NCBI GenBank assembly: GCA_050951805.1
Contig: JBMNJT010000002.1
Location: 1,376,001-1,440,000, forward strand
Direction: 5' to 3'
Origin: Bacillota bacterium
GTDB taxonomy: Bacteria > Bacillota > DTU025
Length of the DNA: 64,000 nt
Both the position numbers and the translations under genes were made by a program. Below are positions 9,381 to 19,167 of this stretch, in pieces. The notes beneath the pieces were generated by a model. It was not told the origin of the DNA. It saw only the letters and a list, made by a program, of their open reading frames with translations, and searched no databases. Within the stretch, counting starts at the first letter, position 1; each line of letters begins with the position of its first letter.

Positions 9381-11861
9381 TCACAGAATACTTGATGGAT
9401 CCATATCTACGCTTATTGTAACCCCTGCCAACCTAGGCTGGCAACCTGCGGCGGCAACAGCGCGGATGGCATCGGCATCGCTTGAGAAGAGAAGAAGATG
9501 CCACCTATATTTCCCTGCTATGCGTTGAATAGGTGCTGGTGCTGGCCCTATAACCTCAACAGCTCCCCTCGCCACCGGTTCCGTGCCTGTGCACGCCCTC
9601 CTTATCTTGCCTGCAGCCTTGGCTGTCGCAGATTCATCTTCCCCTCTCACTAGTATGCGGGCCATGCGCCGCGCAGGCGGGTAACCCATTTCCCGGCGTG
9701 CAGCGATTTCAGCATCGTAAAATGCACGGTAGTCGTGGGCAGCGGCAGCCATGATGCTATAATGCTCCGGGTTGAATGTCTGGACCACTACCAGCCCGGG
9801 TTCTGATCCCCTTCCCGATCTTCCTGCAACCTGGGATATGAGCTGGAAAGTGCGCTCCGCGGCACGGAAATCGGGAAGGTTTAGACTGGTGTCTGCAGAG
9901 ATGACCCCAACAAGGGTCACATTGGGGAAATCGAGCCCTTTGGCGATCATCTGCGTTCCGATGAGAATATCGGTCCGTCCCGCCCGAAACGCCCCCAAAA
10001 TCGCCCGGTGCGCCCCCTTCCGCCTAGTCGTATCGACATCCATCCGAGCAACCCTCGCGCGGGGAAATTCCTTCCTTACCGCCTCTTCTATGCGCTCAGT
10101 CCCAGTCCCAGAATACTTCATGTTCATCCCGCCGCACACAGGACACACGTCGGGAATAGGCTGCGACCAGTTGCAGTAGTGGCAAACCATTTCCGATGCC
10201 CTTGCATGGTAAGTCAGGGAAACATCGCAATTCGGACACGAAATGGCCTGGCCGCACTCGAGACACATCGCAAAAGTGGAAAACCCGCGCCTGTTCAGAA
10301 AGAGCATTACTTGCTGTCCGGAATCGAGCACCTCCTCCACACTACTCCGAAGAAGGTTGCTGAATACCGACTTGTTTCCCGACTTCATCTCCCGCCTCAT
10401 GTCTACGACGCGGATCTCTGGAAGCGGGCGGTGATCTATGCGCGATGGCAACTCTATCCGTTCACACTCGCCCAATTCGGACAACTCATACGTTTCAAGG
10501 GCCGGAGTAGCCGAACCCAAGACGACAGTGGCGCCGACCTGCTTTGCCCTGAAAATCGCTACGTCCCTGGCGTTATAGCGAGGGGAGTCGTCTTGCTTAT
10601 ATGAAGAATCGTGTTCCTCGTCGACAATAATGATGCCCAGCGACGGCACTGGTGCGAACACCGCTGATCTGGCGCCAACTACCACATCTGCATCTCCTGC
10701 ACGAGCCCGCTCCCATTCATCAAGCCGTTCCCCAGCGCCCAACGCGCTGTGGAGCAGAGCGACCCTGTCGCCGAACCGCCCCATCACAACGTCGACCATC
10801 TGCGGGGTGAGTGATATGTCAGGGACTAGCAGGATGCCTTGCTTTCCCCTGTCTATCACGTGCTGGATCGCGCGAAGATAGACCTCCGTCTTGCCAGACC
10901 CGGTCACCCCATGGAGCAAAACCACGCCTCCCCCGTTCTCCGCGACATCAGTTATCCTGTTTACGGCATGCTCCTGATCGTCAGTGAGCACGGGAGGCAC
11001 CGATTTCTCTATTTGAAGGCCTGCAGTGGGATCCCGCTGAATCGCCACATCCATTCGTTCGAGCATCCCGTCGCGAACGAGAGCATCAACAACAGATGAC
11101 GAACATCCTGCCCTCTCCAGAAGCTCTGCCCTGGGAATCGCCAGTCCTTTGGTCCCCGTTTTGTCGATGTCCTCGGCGAATACCCTCATAACGGCTGCCC
11201 GCGCTGGACTGCCCGGAGCAAGACTTAACGCCAAAGCTTGCGGGTCTATCTCCTTGCTGGCCAAACGAAACGCCCTTACAGTCCGAGGACGAACCCTGGG
11301 CGGCGCCCACATAGTGTCCGTCTCGACCAAACCGGCCTTTGTAAGAGCAGATATAGGTCTTGTAATGTCTGCAATCTCCAATGAAGAAGCTATCTCGTCC
11401 CTTCGCGCGCTCCCTCCGCATTCCACGAGGTAATCGAAGACTTCCTTGGCTGCACCTGAAATCTTCGCCCCTTCCGCATCCTCATCTGTCGCACACACGC
11501 GCACTATTGTGGATGATTCCAGCTTCGTGCCTGACGGCACCAAAGCCCGAAGCGCCTCGATCAACAGACACATGTATTCATCCGCCATCCATCTGGCCAC
11601 GGCGAGCAAGTCTTCCGGGACAGGCGGCGCACTCTTGACGCACGCAGTTATCGGCTTCACCTTTGCCACGGCAGGTTTTTCCGTTCTGGCAACGACAAAG
11701 CCCTCAACAGATCTGGGTCCGAAGGGCACCACGACCCTCGACCCAGGCACGATCTTGTCCATTAAGTTGTCAGGAATTATATAGTCGTAACACTTGTCCA
11801 CCCTGCGGGCAGGCACGTCCACAACCACCTGAGCATATCTTCCGTCCAAGGTGGCCGTCAC
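9381..11861 (-). CDS. priA: Primosomal protein N' (PriA helicase)
   Basis: GVTGSGKT, DEEH, four CxxC pairs, GTQMIAKGLDFP, QVAGRSGR. Confidence 0.97.
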   Translation of the reverse strand: MTATLDGRYAQVVVDVPARRVDKCYDYIIPDNLMDKIVPGSRVVVPFGPRSVEGFVVARTEKPAVAKVKPITACVKSAPPVPEDLLAVARWMADEYMCLLIEALRALVPSGTKLESSTIVRVCATDEDAEGAKISGAAKEVFDYLVECGGSARRDEIASSLEIADITRPISALTKAGLVETDTMWAPPRVRPRTVRAFRLASKEIDPQALALSLAPGSPARAAVMRVFAEDIDKTGTKGLAIPRAELLERAGCSSSVVDALVRDGMLERMDVAIQRDPTAGLQIEKSVPPVLTDDQEHAVNRITDVAENGGGVVLLHGVTGSGKTEVYLRAIQHVIDRGKQGILLVPDISLTPQMVDVVMGRFGDRVALLHSALGAGERLDEWERARAGDADVVVGARSAVFAPVPSLGIIIVDEEHDSSYKQDDSPRYNARDVAIFRAKQVGATVVLGSATPALETYELSELGECERIELPSRIDHRPLPEIRVVDMRREMKSGNKSVFSNLLRSSVEEVLDSGQQVMLFLNRRGFSTFAMCLECGQAISCPNCDVSLTYHARASEMVCHYCNWSQPIPDVCPVCGGMNMKYSGTGTERIEEAVRKEFPRARVARMDVDTTRRKGAHRAILGAFRAGRTDILIGTQMIAKGLDFPNVTLVGVISADTSLNLPDFRAAERTFQLISQVAGRSGRGSEPGLVVVQTFNPEHYSIMAAAAHDYRAFYDAEIAARREMGYPPARRMARILVRGEDESATAKAAGKIRRACTGTEPVARGAVEVIGPAPAPIQRIAGKYRWHLLLFSSDADAIRAVAAAGCQPRLAGVTISVDMDPSSIL

Positions 11862-12343
11862 CTCTCATCTATGTCTCCAAGGATCTTTCTTTCAAGGGTT
11901 CTTTTGAATCGGGTGTGCGGAAGCTCCCGGTCACTGAGGGGCAAGACTAATACAGAGTATATCCCGAGCCTATTCGCGCCGCGAATGTCGGTAAAAAGCT
12001 GGTCTCCAACCATCACCGTAGAATCAGCGTCAGTTCCAAGCTTGCGCATGGCACGCCTGTAGCCCCACGCCCACGGCTTAACCCAACCCCGAACGGCGCC
12101 CACATCGAGTTCGCGGCTGAACCAATCGGCGCGGGCGCCGTAGTTGTTGGTTAGGATGCACAGGTGGAAGCCCCTGGCCTTGGCCTCCTCAATCCACTCG
12201 CGAACTGGACCGGGAATGTCGTAACTGCCCCAAGGAGCCAAGGTATTATCGATATCCAGAATGATACCTGATATTCCCCTTGCAAGAAGATCATCCAGGT
12301 CGATTTCCCATACTCCGGATACTCGAAGGTCTGGTTTAAGCAG
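11858..12343 (-). CDS. yqeG: YqeG family HAD IIIA phosphatase
   Basis: DIDNTL, KP, VGDQLFTDI; the best RBS (AGGAGG) points to a CTG start at 12343. Confidence 0.9.
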   Translation of the reverse strand: MLKPDLRVSGVWEIDLDDLLARGISGIILDIDNTLAPWGSYDIPGPVREWIEEAKARGFHLCILTNNYGARADWFSRELDVGAVRGWVKPWAWGYRRAMRKLGTDADSTVMVGDQLFTDIRGANRLGIYSVLVLPLSDRELPHTRFKRTLERKILGDIDER

Positions 12344-12371
12344 GTCATCATTCCTCCTCTCGCCATAGCCC

Positions 12372-12380
12372 ATTATACCA
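12372..12380 (-). promoter_or_regulatory. Extended -10 sigmaA element for the yqeG-priA-def-fmt-yugP-rsmB operon
   Basis: Perfect TGnTATAAT (TGGTATAAT) just upstream of the AGGAGG RBS. Confidence 0.6.
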
Positions 12381-12600
12381 TGGCAAAACCTCATTCTGCG
12401 ATGCGTACGCCCACAGCCCGCACGGACCCATAGACGTTTATCGTCGCCTCAGAATGCGCTACAGGTGAGTGCGGCCTCAGCGAGAGGAGTCGCATGTGCT
12501 AATTGGTGGCCGGGCAGCCGGCTCGTTGCGGAATCTCCATGGCAGATCAGGTGCCAATCGAGAACTGGAATAGGCCGTATGGGTGTCGCCGACTCGGATG

Positions 12601-13305
12601 CTAGCTGGGTGTGGACATCTCTTTCATCAGTTTGGCCAGAGCACGCTTCTCTATCCTCGACACATAAGATCTCGATATCCCCAATGCGCGCGAAATCTCT
12701 CTCTGGGTCTGACGGCGCCCTTCTCCCATGCCGAATCTGAGTTCCAACACTCTCCGTTCCCGTGGCGACAGCTTCGCAAGCTTCTCCACAAGTCTCTCCT
12801 GTTCCACCTTAGACTCCACAATATCCGCAACGGTGTCGCCCCCATTGGTGAGCACGTCCATGAGGATTATCTCATTGCCTTCCTTGTCGGCGCCTATTGG
12901 GTCATATAGCGACAATTCTCCCCGGTTCTTTCGTCCTGAGCGCAAATGCATAAGTATCTCGTTTTCAATGCACCGTGCTGCGTATGTCGCAAGTTTCGTC
13001 TTCTTCTGCCTATCGAAGGTGTTTATCGCTTTGATCAATCCGATGGCACCGATGGATATGAGGTCGTCAGTATCTTCGCCGACCACGTCATACTTCTTAA
13101 CTACGTACGCGACTAGTCTCAGGTTGCGCTCAACCAGTATGTTGCGGGCCTCTTCGTCCCCGGCCTCTTTCCTTTCCAGCATCTGGCGTTCTTCATCTTC
13201 TGTGAGCGGGGGCGGGAAAGCGCCGTTTCCCGCAACGTAAGAATGGAGAAGCATGAGCCCTCTTGTGAGAAGGTCTGCAAAAGCAACAAGGGCGCTGGAG
13301 ATCAA
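12601..13305 (-). CDS. sigK: Pro-sigmaK, mother-cell sigma factor (uninterrupted)
   Basis: Hydrophobic pro-sequence then SYV...FPPPL, RNLRLVAYVVKKY, LATYAARCIENEILMHLR, ISRSYVSRIEKRAL. Confidence 0.95.
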   Translation of the reverse strand: MISSALVAFADLLTRGLMLLHSYVAGNGAFPPPLTEDEERQMLERKEAGDEEARNILVERNLRLVAYVVKKYDVVGEDTDDLISIGAIGLIKAINTFDRQKKTKLATYAARCIENEILMHLRSGRKNRGELSLYDPIGADKEGNEIILMDVLTNGGDTVADIVESKVEQERLVEKLAKLSPRERRVLELRFGMGEGRRQTQREISRALGISRSYVSRIEKRALAKLMKEMSTPS

Positions 13306-13346
13306 GACAGGCCACCTCCGTCCCTCAACGCTTTGTGATACAGATT

Positions 13347-13375
13347 TAGCTTATGAGTAAACGAGGGATTCGGTG
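13347..13375 (-). promoter_or_regulatory. sigmaK/sigmaE-type promoter of sigK
   Basis: Minus strand CACC-N16-CATAAGCTA, an exact match to mACm-N16-CATAnnnTA. Confidence 0.65.
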
Positions 13376-13408
13376 CACGTCCGAGGTGCGCCGGTACTAA
13401 CAACTAGG

Positions 13409-15133
13409 CTAGCCGAAAAACCCGAGGACTTCGTCACAAATATCTCCGAATATGGGGGCTGCAAGATCTGCACCTGATTCCGCCCCTTCCACCAGCACCG
13501 AAATGACAACTTTGGGATGGTCGGCTGGCGCGAATCCGGCAAACCAAGCATTGTAGATGGGCTGTCCTGTCTCTGTAACCCTGCCTGTCTGGGCGGTTCC
13601 TGTCTTGCCAGCCGCATTCAGTCCCCCCAGCGCATCTTGCGCGGTCCCATAGGATACCACCCCTGACAACATGGAGCGAAGTTTGGAGGCGACACCGGAA
13701 TCGAGCGCGCGGGCAGCCTCCCAGTCCATCTTCATTACCCTGCCTGATGTGGAGTGCACTGCCTCGAGCACCAAAGTCGGATGACGCAAGATCCCGTCAT
13801 TAGCCACGGCGCACATCATCGTCGCGACCTCCAGAGGCGTCACCTTAACAACCGATTGTCCCAGGGCGAAGTTGGCTAGCTCTGCAGCGGCCATGCGCGC
13901 CTGTCGAGGGGGAGTCTGGCCTGTGGACACATTTGGAAGGTATGTTGATGCAGCAACCTCGTAGCTCCCTATTCCCAGGGCTCTAGCGGCGTCCACGATA
14001 GGCCCGGGGCCCACGGCAAGGGCTGCATCGACGAACGCGGTATTGCAGGAGTATGCCATGGCATCCGCGAATGTGATGTCGCCGTGACCTCCACGTTCGA
14101 AAGCATGGCATCTGAACGTGTGTCCGCCTGCCTGTATCGCCCCTGAATCATGGTAGACAGATCCCGGCATCCTCGCGCCTTCGTTTAATGCGGCAGCCGC
14201 AACCACGACCTTGAAGATTGAGCCAGGGTAGTAGGGATAGACAGCTCTATTGAGCAATGGCGCATCGGCGCGAGCCAGAGAGCTCGAAACGTCGTTCTGA
14301 TCATACGACGGGCGGGATGCCATTGCCATAACCTGGCCAGTCCATGGGTCCATAACCACCACTGCCCCGGCCAGTCCAGGAGCGCGCCTGTCGAATGCTC
14401 GCTCTACTGCCTCCTGAACGCGCCGGTCTATAGAGAGCCTTACCCAACCAGGCTCCTCTCCTGCCACAGCCAATCGGACTCCAAGGCCAGGTATTTCCTT
14501 GCCTCTGGAATCGCACATCGCCCGAACCACGTCCCTACCCTGCCCGCCACCACCAAGGAAGCGTTCGAAGGCGAGTTCTATTCCCTCTGCGCCAACCTGT
14601 GACCCCGTAAGGTAGCCAACTACATGCGAGGCTAGCCCAGACCACCGGCTGGGAATACTGATGGGGACAATGCCTGTAACTGCCTTCGCCATGCCGACAA
14701 TCTCCTTGCGATCGTATCCGGGAAGCCGGATAACTCGCGGGGCTCCATCAAGCACGCCCGGGATCATGCGCTCGAGCTTATCCAAACTGTCTCCCGGCCC
14801 GCTAATCGATTGGGGGAATATGGCGACTGCCAGAGCAGCGCAGTCTTCGCCTAAATCGCCACCCAATCCAATAGAGGTGCCACCAGCAAGTAGCTCCATG
14901 TTTCTGTCGAAGATCGGCCCTCTTGCGAGTCGGATCACGGCGTCTACAGACCTCTGCTCCACTGCTTTTGCCGCCAAAGGCCGGCCTCTTACCAATGAAA
15001 TCCAGGCGAGGCGAACCAGAAGCAATCCAAAGCACACAATAACGAGGCCAATTAGGAAATTAAGCCTTGAAGCGTTTCGTCTCGTTGCACCCACCCCCCA
15101 TCCTATCATTCCCCCAAAACCTTCAGGAAGCAT
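13409..15133 (-). CDS. Class B penicillin-binding protein (PbpI/YrrR-like)
   Basis: N-terminal TM, RGPIFDRN, PGSIFK (SxxK), SCN, KTGTAQ; position between udk and sigK. Confidence 0.9.
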   Translation of the reverse strand: MLPEGFGGMIGWGVGATRRNASRLNFLIGLVIVCFGLLLVRLAWISLVRGRPLAAKAVEQRSVDAVIRLARGPIFDRNMELLAGGTSIGLGGDLGEDCAALAVAIFPQSISGPGDSLDKLERMIPGVLDGAPRVIRLPGYDRKEIVGMAKAVTGIVPISIPSRWSGLASHVVGYLTGSQVGAEGIELAFERFLGGGGQGRDVVRAMCDSRGKEIPGLGVRLAVAGEEPGWVRLSIDRRVQEAVERAFDRRAPGLAGAVVVMDPWTGQVMAMASRPSYDQNDVSSSLARADAPLLNRAVYPYYPGSIFKVVVAAAALNEGARMPGSVYHDSGAIQAGGHTFRCHAFERGGHGDITFADAMAYSCNTAFVDAALAVGPGPIVDAARALGIGSYEVAASTYLPNVSTGQTPPRQARMAAAELANFALGQSVVKVTPLEVATMMCAVANDGILRHPTLVLEAVHSTSGRVMKMDWEAARALDSGVASKLRSMLSGVVSYGTAQDALGGLNAAGKTGTAQTGRVTETGQPIYNAWFAGFAPADHPKVVISVLVEGAESGADLAAPIFGDICDEVLGFFG

Positions 15134-15270
15134 CCATCACGGCTCAGAGGAGAGGATGGTGAAGAGGCTCGATGACTGGCCAAAAGGAGTTGGGCTCGGT
15201 CCCTAAGCTCTCGGAGTGGTCAGATGTTCTTTGAGACTTGCCCAGACTGATCAATCTGGGCAAAAGCCCG

Positions 15271-15909
15271 TCAATCTGAACTGATTGCCGACTTGAGCCT
15301 CGCGATAAGCAACTCTATTGCCACTTGATTGAACCCGCCTTCAGGAATGATGAAGTCCGCATATCTCTTATTGGGCTCCACGAACTGCAGGTGCATAGGA
15401 CGAACTACATCTAGGTATTGCTCCACCACTGAATCCACCGTTCTGCCCCGCTCCTTGATATCGCGCATCAATCGTCTGATAAATCTCACATCGGGGTCGG
15501 CGTCCACATAAGCCTTGATATCCATGAGGGCGCGCAACCGAGGGTCTTCTAGTATGAGAATGCCTTCAAGCACTATGACGGGCGCAGGATCGACTCGCTC
15601 AGTCTGTGGGGTGCGGGTATAGGATTCAAAGGAATACACGGGCTTTTCTACCGGTTTGCCCTCTATGAGAGTTTCGATGTGTGATATGTAAAGATCGGTA
15701 TCGAACGCGAACGGATGGTCATAATTGGTCTTCAACCTCTCTTCGAAGCTGAGGTGGCTCTGGTCACGATAGTAGGCATCGTGTTCAAGGACTGCTACGG
15801 CATCCCCAAAAGCTTGCGAGACTGATCTGACCACTGTGGTTTTACCTGAACCTGATCCTCCCGCGATCCCCACCACTAGTACTTCATCTGACATTTGGAA
15901 TTCTTGCAC
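15271..15909 (-). CDS. udk: Uridine kinase
   Basis: [33 protein letters not shown]. Confidence 0.96.
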   Translation of the reverse strand: MQEFQMSDEVLVVGIAGGSGSGKTTVVRSVSQAFGDAVAVLEHDAYYRDQSHLSFEERLKTNYDHPFAFDTDLYISHIETLIEGKPVEKPVYSFESYTRTPQTERVDPAPVIVLEGILILEDPRLRALMDIKAYVDADPDVRFIRRLMRDIKERGRTVDSVVEQYLDVVRPMHLQFVEPNKRYADFIIPEGGFNQVAIELLIARLKSAISSD

Positions 15910-15927
15910 CGCCTTGTGTTGCCCCTG

Positions 15928-16986
15928 TCATCGCGACGACCGCGAGTCTCTCTCGATTCTTGCCTTCGCCCGGAGATGCTCGCTGTATGTCTTGGTGAAT
16001 ACGTGGCTGCCATCGCTTGCAGCAACAAAATAGAGGTAATCGCCGGGCTCGGGATTGAGCACGGCCTCAATAGATGCCAGGCCTGGATTGCAGATCGGGC
16101 CGGGCGGAAGTCCCATATTAATGTAGGTGTTGTAGGGCGAATCAATCTCCAAATCCGGGTTGAGGAGGTGCTCTTTCGGGACGGGAAGAGCATACTGGAC
16201 CGTGGCGCAGCTCTGCAACTTCATCTGTTTCTGGAGACGGTTAAGAAACACCCGCGCTATAATCGGCCTCTCTTCCGGGTGCTTCGCTTCCCGCTCAACG
16301 ATGGACGCCAAAATCAACGTTTCCCTGTCCGTCAGGGACATGGGACGTGATGGATGATGGTCAAACGCAGCCTGCGCAGTATGTTGGAATCTTCTCAACA
16401 TGGTTCGAACGATGCGGAGAGCGCCCACTCCATTGGCAAACTCGTAAGTATCAGGGAAAAGATATCCTTCCAACGATGATTGGTCAGCTACAAACGGAAA
16501 TTCCTCGGCTAGGTCGTGCGGAGGATTGTTAACCAGAGCAAGGAGCTCTTCCCTGTCAGCAAGTCCGCGCTCGTGGAAAATATCGGCTATCTGCAACGCG
16601 GTCAGGCCTTCCGGTATCGTTACTCTGACTGTGACTACTCTTCCGCTAGCTATGGCATCTAGAATGCTGGCAACGCTTTCGCCCTGTATGAACTCATATT
16701 CCCCGGCTTTGAGCGACGAGTCCTTACCAGAAAACCGAGCCATGGCATCAAACATGACGCTCGAACGGATGAGTCCGTCTTCTTTAAGGATTGCGGCGAT
16801 CTTAGACGCTGACGCACCGTCCGGCAAAACGACTCTGACTCGAACTTCAGCACCCTCTTCAGGCGAAACACCCCTGGACGCCCATATCGCCCACGCGCCT
16901 GCTGTCACGAGTAAAGCCATAAGAAAAACCAACGGCCACGCCAACCGCCTACGGGCTCTTTCTCTGGTCTGAACAGTACCCGGCAT
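15928..16986 (-). CDS. mltG: Endolytic transglycosylase MltG (YceG/YrrL)
   Basis: TIPEG, LEGYLFPDTY, SIVEREA, SPYNTY...GLPPGPICNPG; start chosen at ATG 16986. Confidence 0.95.
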   Translation of the reverse strand: MPGTVQTRERARRRLAWPLVFLMALLVTAGAWAIWASRGVSPEEGAEVRVRVVLPDGASASKIAAILKEDGLIRSSVMFDAMARFSGKDSSLKAGEYEFIQGESVASILDAIASGRVVTVRVTIPEGLTALQIADIFHERGLADREELLALVNNPPHDLAEEFPFVADQSSLEGYLFPDTYEFANGVGALRIVRTMLRRFQHTAQAAFDHHPSRPMSLTDRETLILASIVEREAKHPEERPIIARVFLNRLQKQMKLQSCATVQYALPVPKEHLLNPDLEIDSPYNTYINMGLPPGPICNPGLASIEAVLNPEPGDYLYFVAASDGSHVFTKTYSEHLRAKARIERDSRSSR

Positions 16987-17230
16987 TCTGAAGGCCCCCC
17001 GTCCCCTATTATGTGCACCCCTGGGACCAACAATAATTATAGGGTCAACCGCGTTGTTGTGCAAGGAAGCTCGGCATGATCCGCAACAATATGGCGACTG
17101 ATTCCTCCGACTTCAATGGGGGCCTTTTCAGACAAACGAAAGGTGAGGCAGATTGGATGTCTCCGAAACGGCCTTTTGCGGCATTTCGCATGCGGGATAC
17201 AGTCCCACGTAAAACAGCAACGAAACGCTG

Positions 17231-17270
17231 AAAAAATGGTGACGCCAGGCCGATTACCTGGCGTCACCAT
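17231..17270 (-). terminator. Rho-independent terminator after the DUF1292 gene
   Basis: 14-bp stem ATGGTGACGCCAGG/CCTGGCGTCACCAT followed by a T tract on the minus strand. Confidence 0.8.
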
Positions 17271-17315
17271 ACTTATTGCTTTCGGCTGCCCCAATTGCGC
17301 CCGCGCTAGAGGCGG

Positions 17316-17642
17316 CTACATGTCTTCGTCGTCATCCTCACCGTAGTCATCATCAAGAAAATCGTCGTCGAAGGCTTCCAAGGCTTCGAGGACCCTCTCA
17401 TACTCCTCATCGTCTTCAATGTCTGTGAAGTACTCTTCTCCATCGTCATCAACTTCGATTCGGAATATAAAGGCCTCCTCGCAGACATCCTCGTCCTCCA
17501 GCTCGTCCAGGCACTCTGCCGGCACGAGTATAGCGTACCGCGTCTCGTCCACCTCTACAATGTCATCGATTGCGAAATCCTGCTCCTCACCATTCTCATC
17601 AACTAGCGTGACGATGCTTACCTCGTCTGGCATCTCGATCAC
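17316..17642 (-). CDS. DUF1292 (YrzB-like) acidic protein
   Basis: TLVDENGEE...YAIL...IEDDEEYERV; follows ruvX as in the Bacillus ireB-ruvX-DUF1292 arrangement. Confidence 0.9.
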   Translation of the reverse strand: MIEMPDEVSIVTLVDENGEEQDFAIDDIVEVDETRYAILVPAECLDELEDEDVCEEAFIFRIEVDDDGEEYFTDIEDDEEYERVLEALEAFDDDFLDDDYGEDDDEDM

Positions 17643-17783
17643 TCCAATCTAGCCCTATTTTGTTCGCCAAGACAGTACTCTACGCACACAAGGACAACTC
17701 GTTCTATCCGCGATTCCTGTTTTTCCTGTCCTCCAGGTCAATGCCGCCGGAACTGTCCGGCGGGCGCAGGGCTGACTCCCAAC

Positions 17784-18203
17784 TTAGTCCTCAATGCCAA
17801 GCCAGTCGAGATAACCCTGGAGGATAATCGCGGCGGCAGTTTTGTCAACGGTCTGCCGTCGGCGTCTCCGCGAAAGATCGGCCTCGATCAGCAGTCTAGA
17901 TGCCTCTACTGTGCTCAAACGCTCATCCCACGTGACCACAGGAAGCTTCACCGCCCTCTCCAGTCGCTCACAGAAATCTTCAACCCGCTGCGCCGCCGGT
18001 CCGTAGCTTCCATCCATGTTCCTCGGCATGCCCACAACTATTTCACATGCCCCGACCTTTTTGGCGAGTTCTCCTATGCGGATAATATCCTGCTCCCAAC
18101 CGCGACTTTCAATTACAGTATGAGGCATGGCTGCAATGCCTAATTCGTCAGAGACTGCCACTCCTATTCGAGATTCACCGAGATCGATCCCGATACGAAC
18201 CAA
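17784..18203 (-). CDS. ruvX: Holliday junction resolvase-like RuvX / YqgF
   Basis: GIDLGESRIGVAVSD, VVGMP, WDERLST, DKTAAAIILQGYLD; TTG start after AGGAGG. Confidence 0.95.
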   Translation of the reverse strand: MVRIGIDLGESRIGVAVSDELGIAAMPHTVIESRGWEQDIIRIGELAKKVGACEIVVGMPRNMDGSYGPAAQRVEDFCERLERAVKLPVVTWDERLSTVEASRLLIEADLSRRRRRQTVDKTAAAIILQGYLDWLGIED

Positions 18204-18214
18204 CTTGCAACCTC

Positions 18215-19165
18215 CTATACCACCTTTATGCAGAACTCCTTGCAATGGGCGACACAGTACCCGCAGAGCACGCACTTTTCGGGATCGACCACGGCCCGTT
18301 CAGCGCCCATTCTGAGGGCTCCATGGCTGCATGCATCTATACATGCGCCGCATTTGGCGCACCACATTTCTATGAGGAGCCGCTTTTCTCCTGCAAGGCC
18401 ACTAAACATTTCTTGAGAGACTTTGCGTCCGGAAGCGATGGCCAGCTCAGCCTCGAGTTCTCCCACGTTTTTGATCCCGATCGCCACCAAGTCTATGTAG
18501 TCGTGATTCATAACCCACGTAAACGCGTGTAGGACCTCTCTGTAAAGATGTCCGCCTCCAAGAGGTTTCATGCTGTATGTTCCCACACCAGAAAGGCTCG
18601 CAGCTTCTATGGCCCTCTCCATGTCACAGACGCTCCCGTCCATGATGCCTATGCCTTGCAAGTTGAGGATGGGGTGCACCACGTCGATCTCCGGCATCTC
18701 CGAAACAGCGTCCACCACTTTCACTGCATGCCTAGAGACCGATACTGCCCTGATCAGGCCATTTCCCTTCGCGTCTTAAAGATACCGGATCGCGTCAACA
18801 TGCCCATTGAGCGTCAGCCGGCTTTCCTGTTCGTGAAGACCAAATATGTCGATATAGTCTCTACTCCGATATCCCGCAATGCCCGCTCCAGGCTTTCGCG
18901 CATGCCTTCGTACGTATACTGATAGCATCTCGACGAGATTACTATAGCCTCCCGCGGCACTCGGTGCAAGACTCTGCGCAAATATTCATAGACACCATAG
19001 AGCTCGGCAGTGCCGAAGAAACTGATGCCACGCTCCACGGCCTCGCAAATGAGGGCTGCGCCTACGTCTGGGCTGATATTAGCCTGCAATGGCCCCATTG
19101 TCAATGTTCCAAAGCATAGCCCTAGATACCTCTATGCCAGTTCGACTAAGGATTCCTCTTTCCAT
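18215..19165 (-). pseudogene. Aldo/keto reductase with C-terminal 2x[4Fe-4S] domain, disrupted
   Basis: MERGILSRTGIEVSR | +1 frameshift (~19121) | LCFGTLTMGP...ALRDIGV | +2 frameshift (~18860) | DYIDIFGLHEQES...RYL* (TAA 18776-18778) then MKPLGGG and two CxxCxxCxxxC. Confidence 0.85.
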
Positions 19166-19167
19166 TT

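Noticed and set aside
12601-13305. skin-like element interrupting sigK
   Set aside because: sigK is a single continuous ORF with its pro-sequence; no recombinase is nearby.
15238-15263. Terminator after udk
   Set aside because: A 9-bp stem is present but there is no downstream U tract on the coding strand; left uncalled.
18215-19165. Programmed frameshifting in the aldo/keto reductase
   Set aside because: Three separate lesions plus a catalytic substitution and no slippery heptamer; decay is the simpler explanation.
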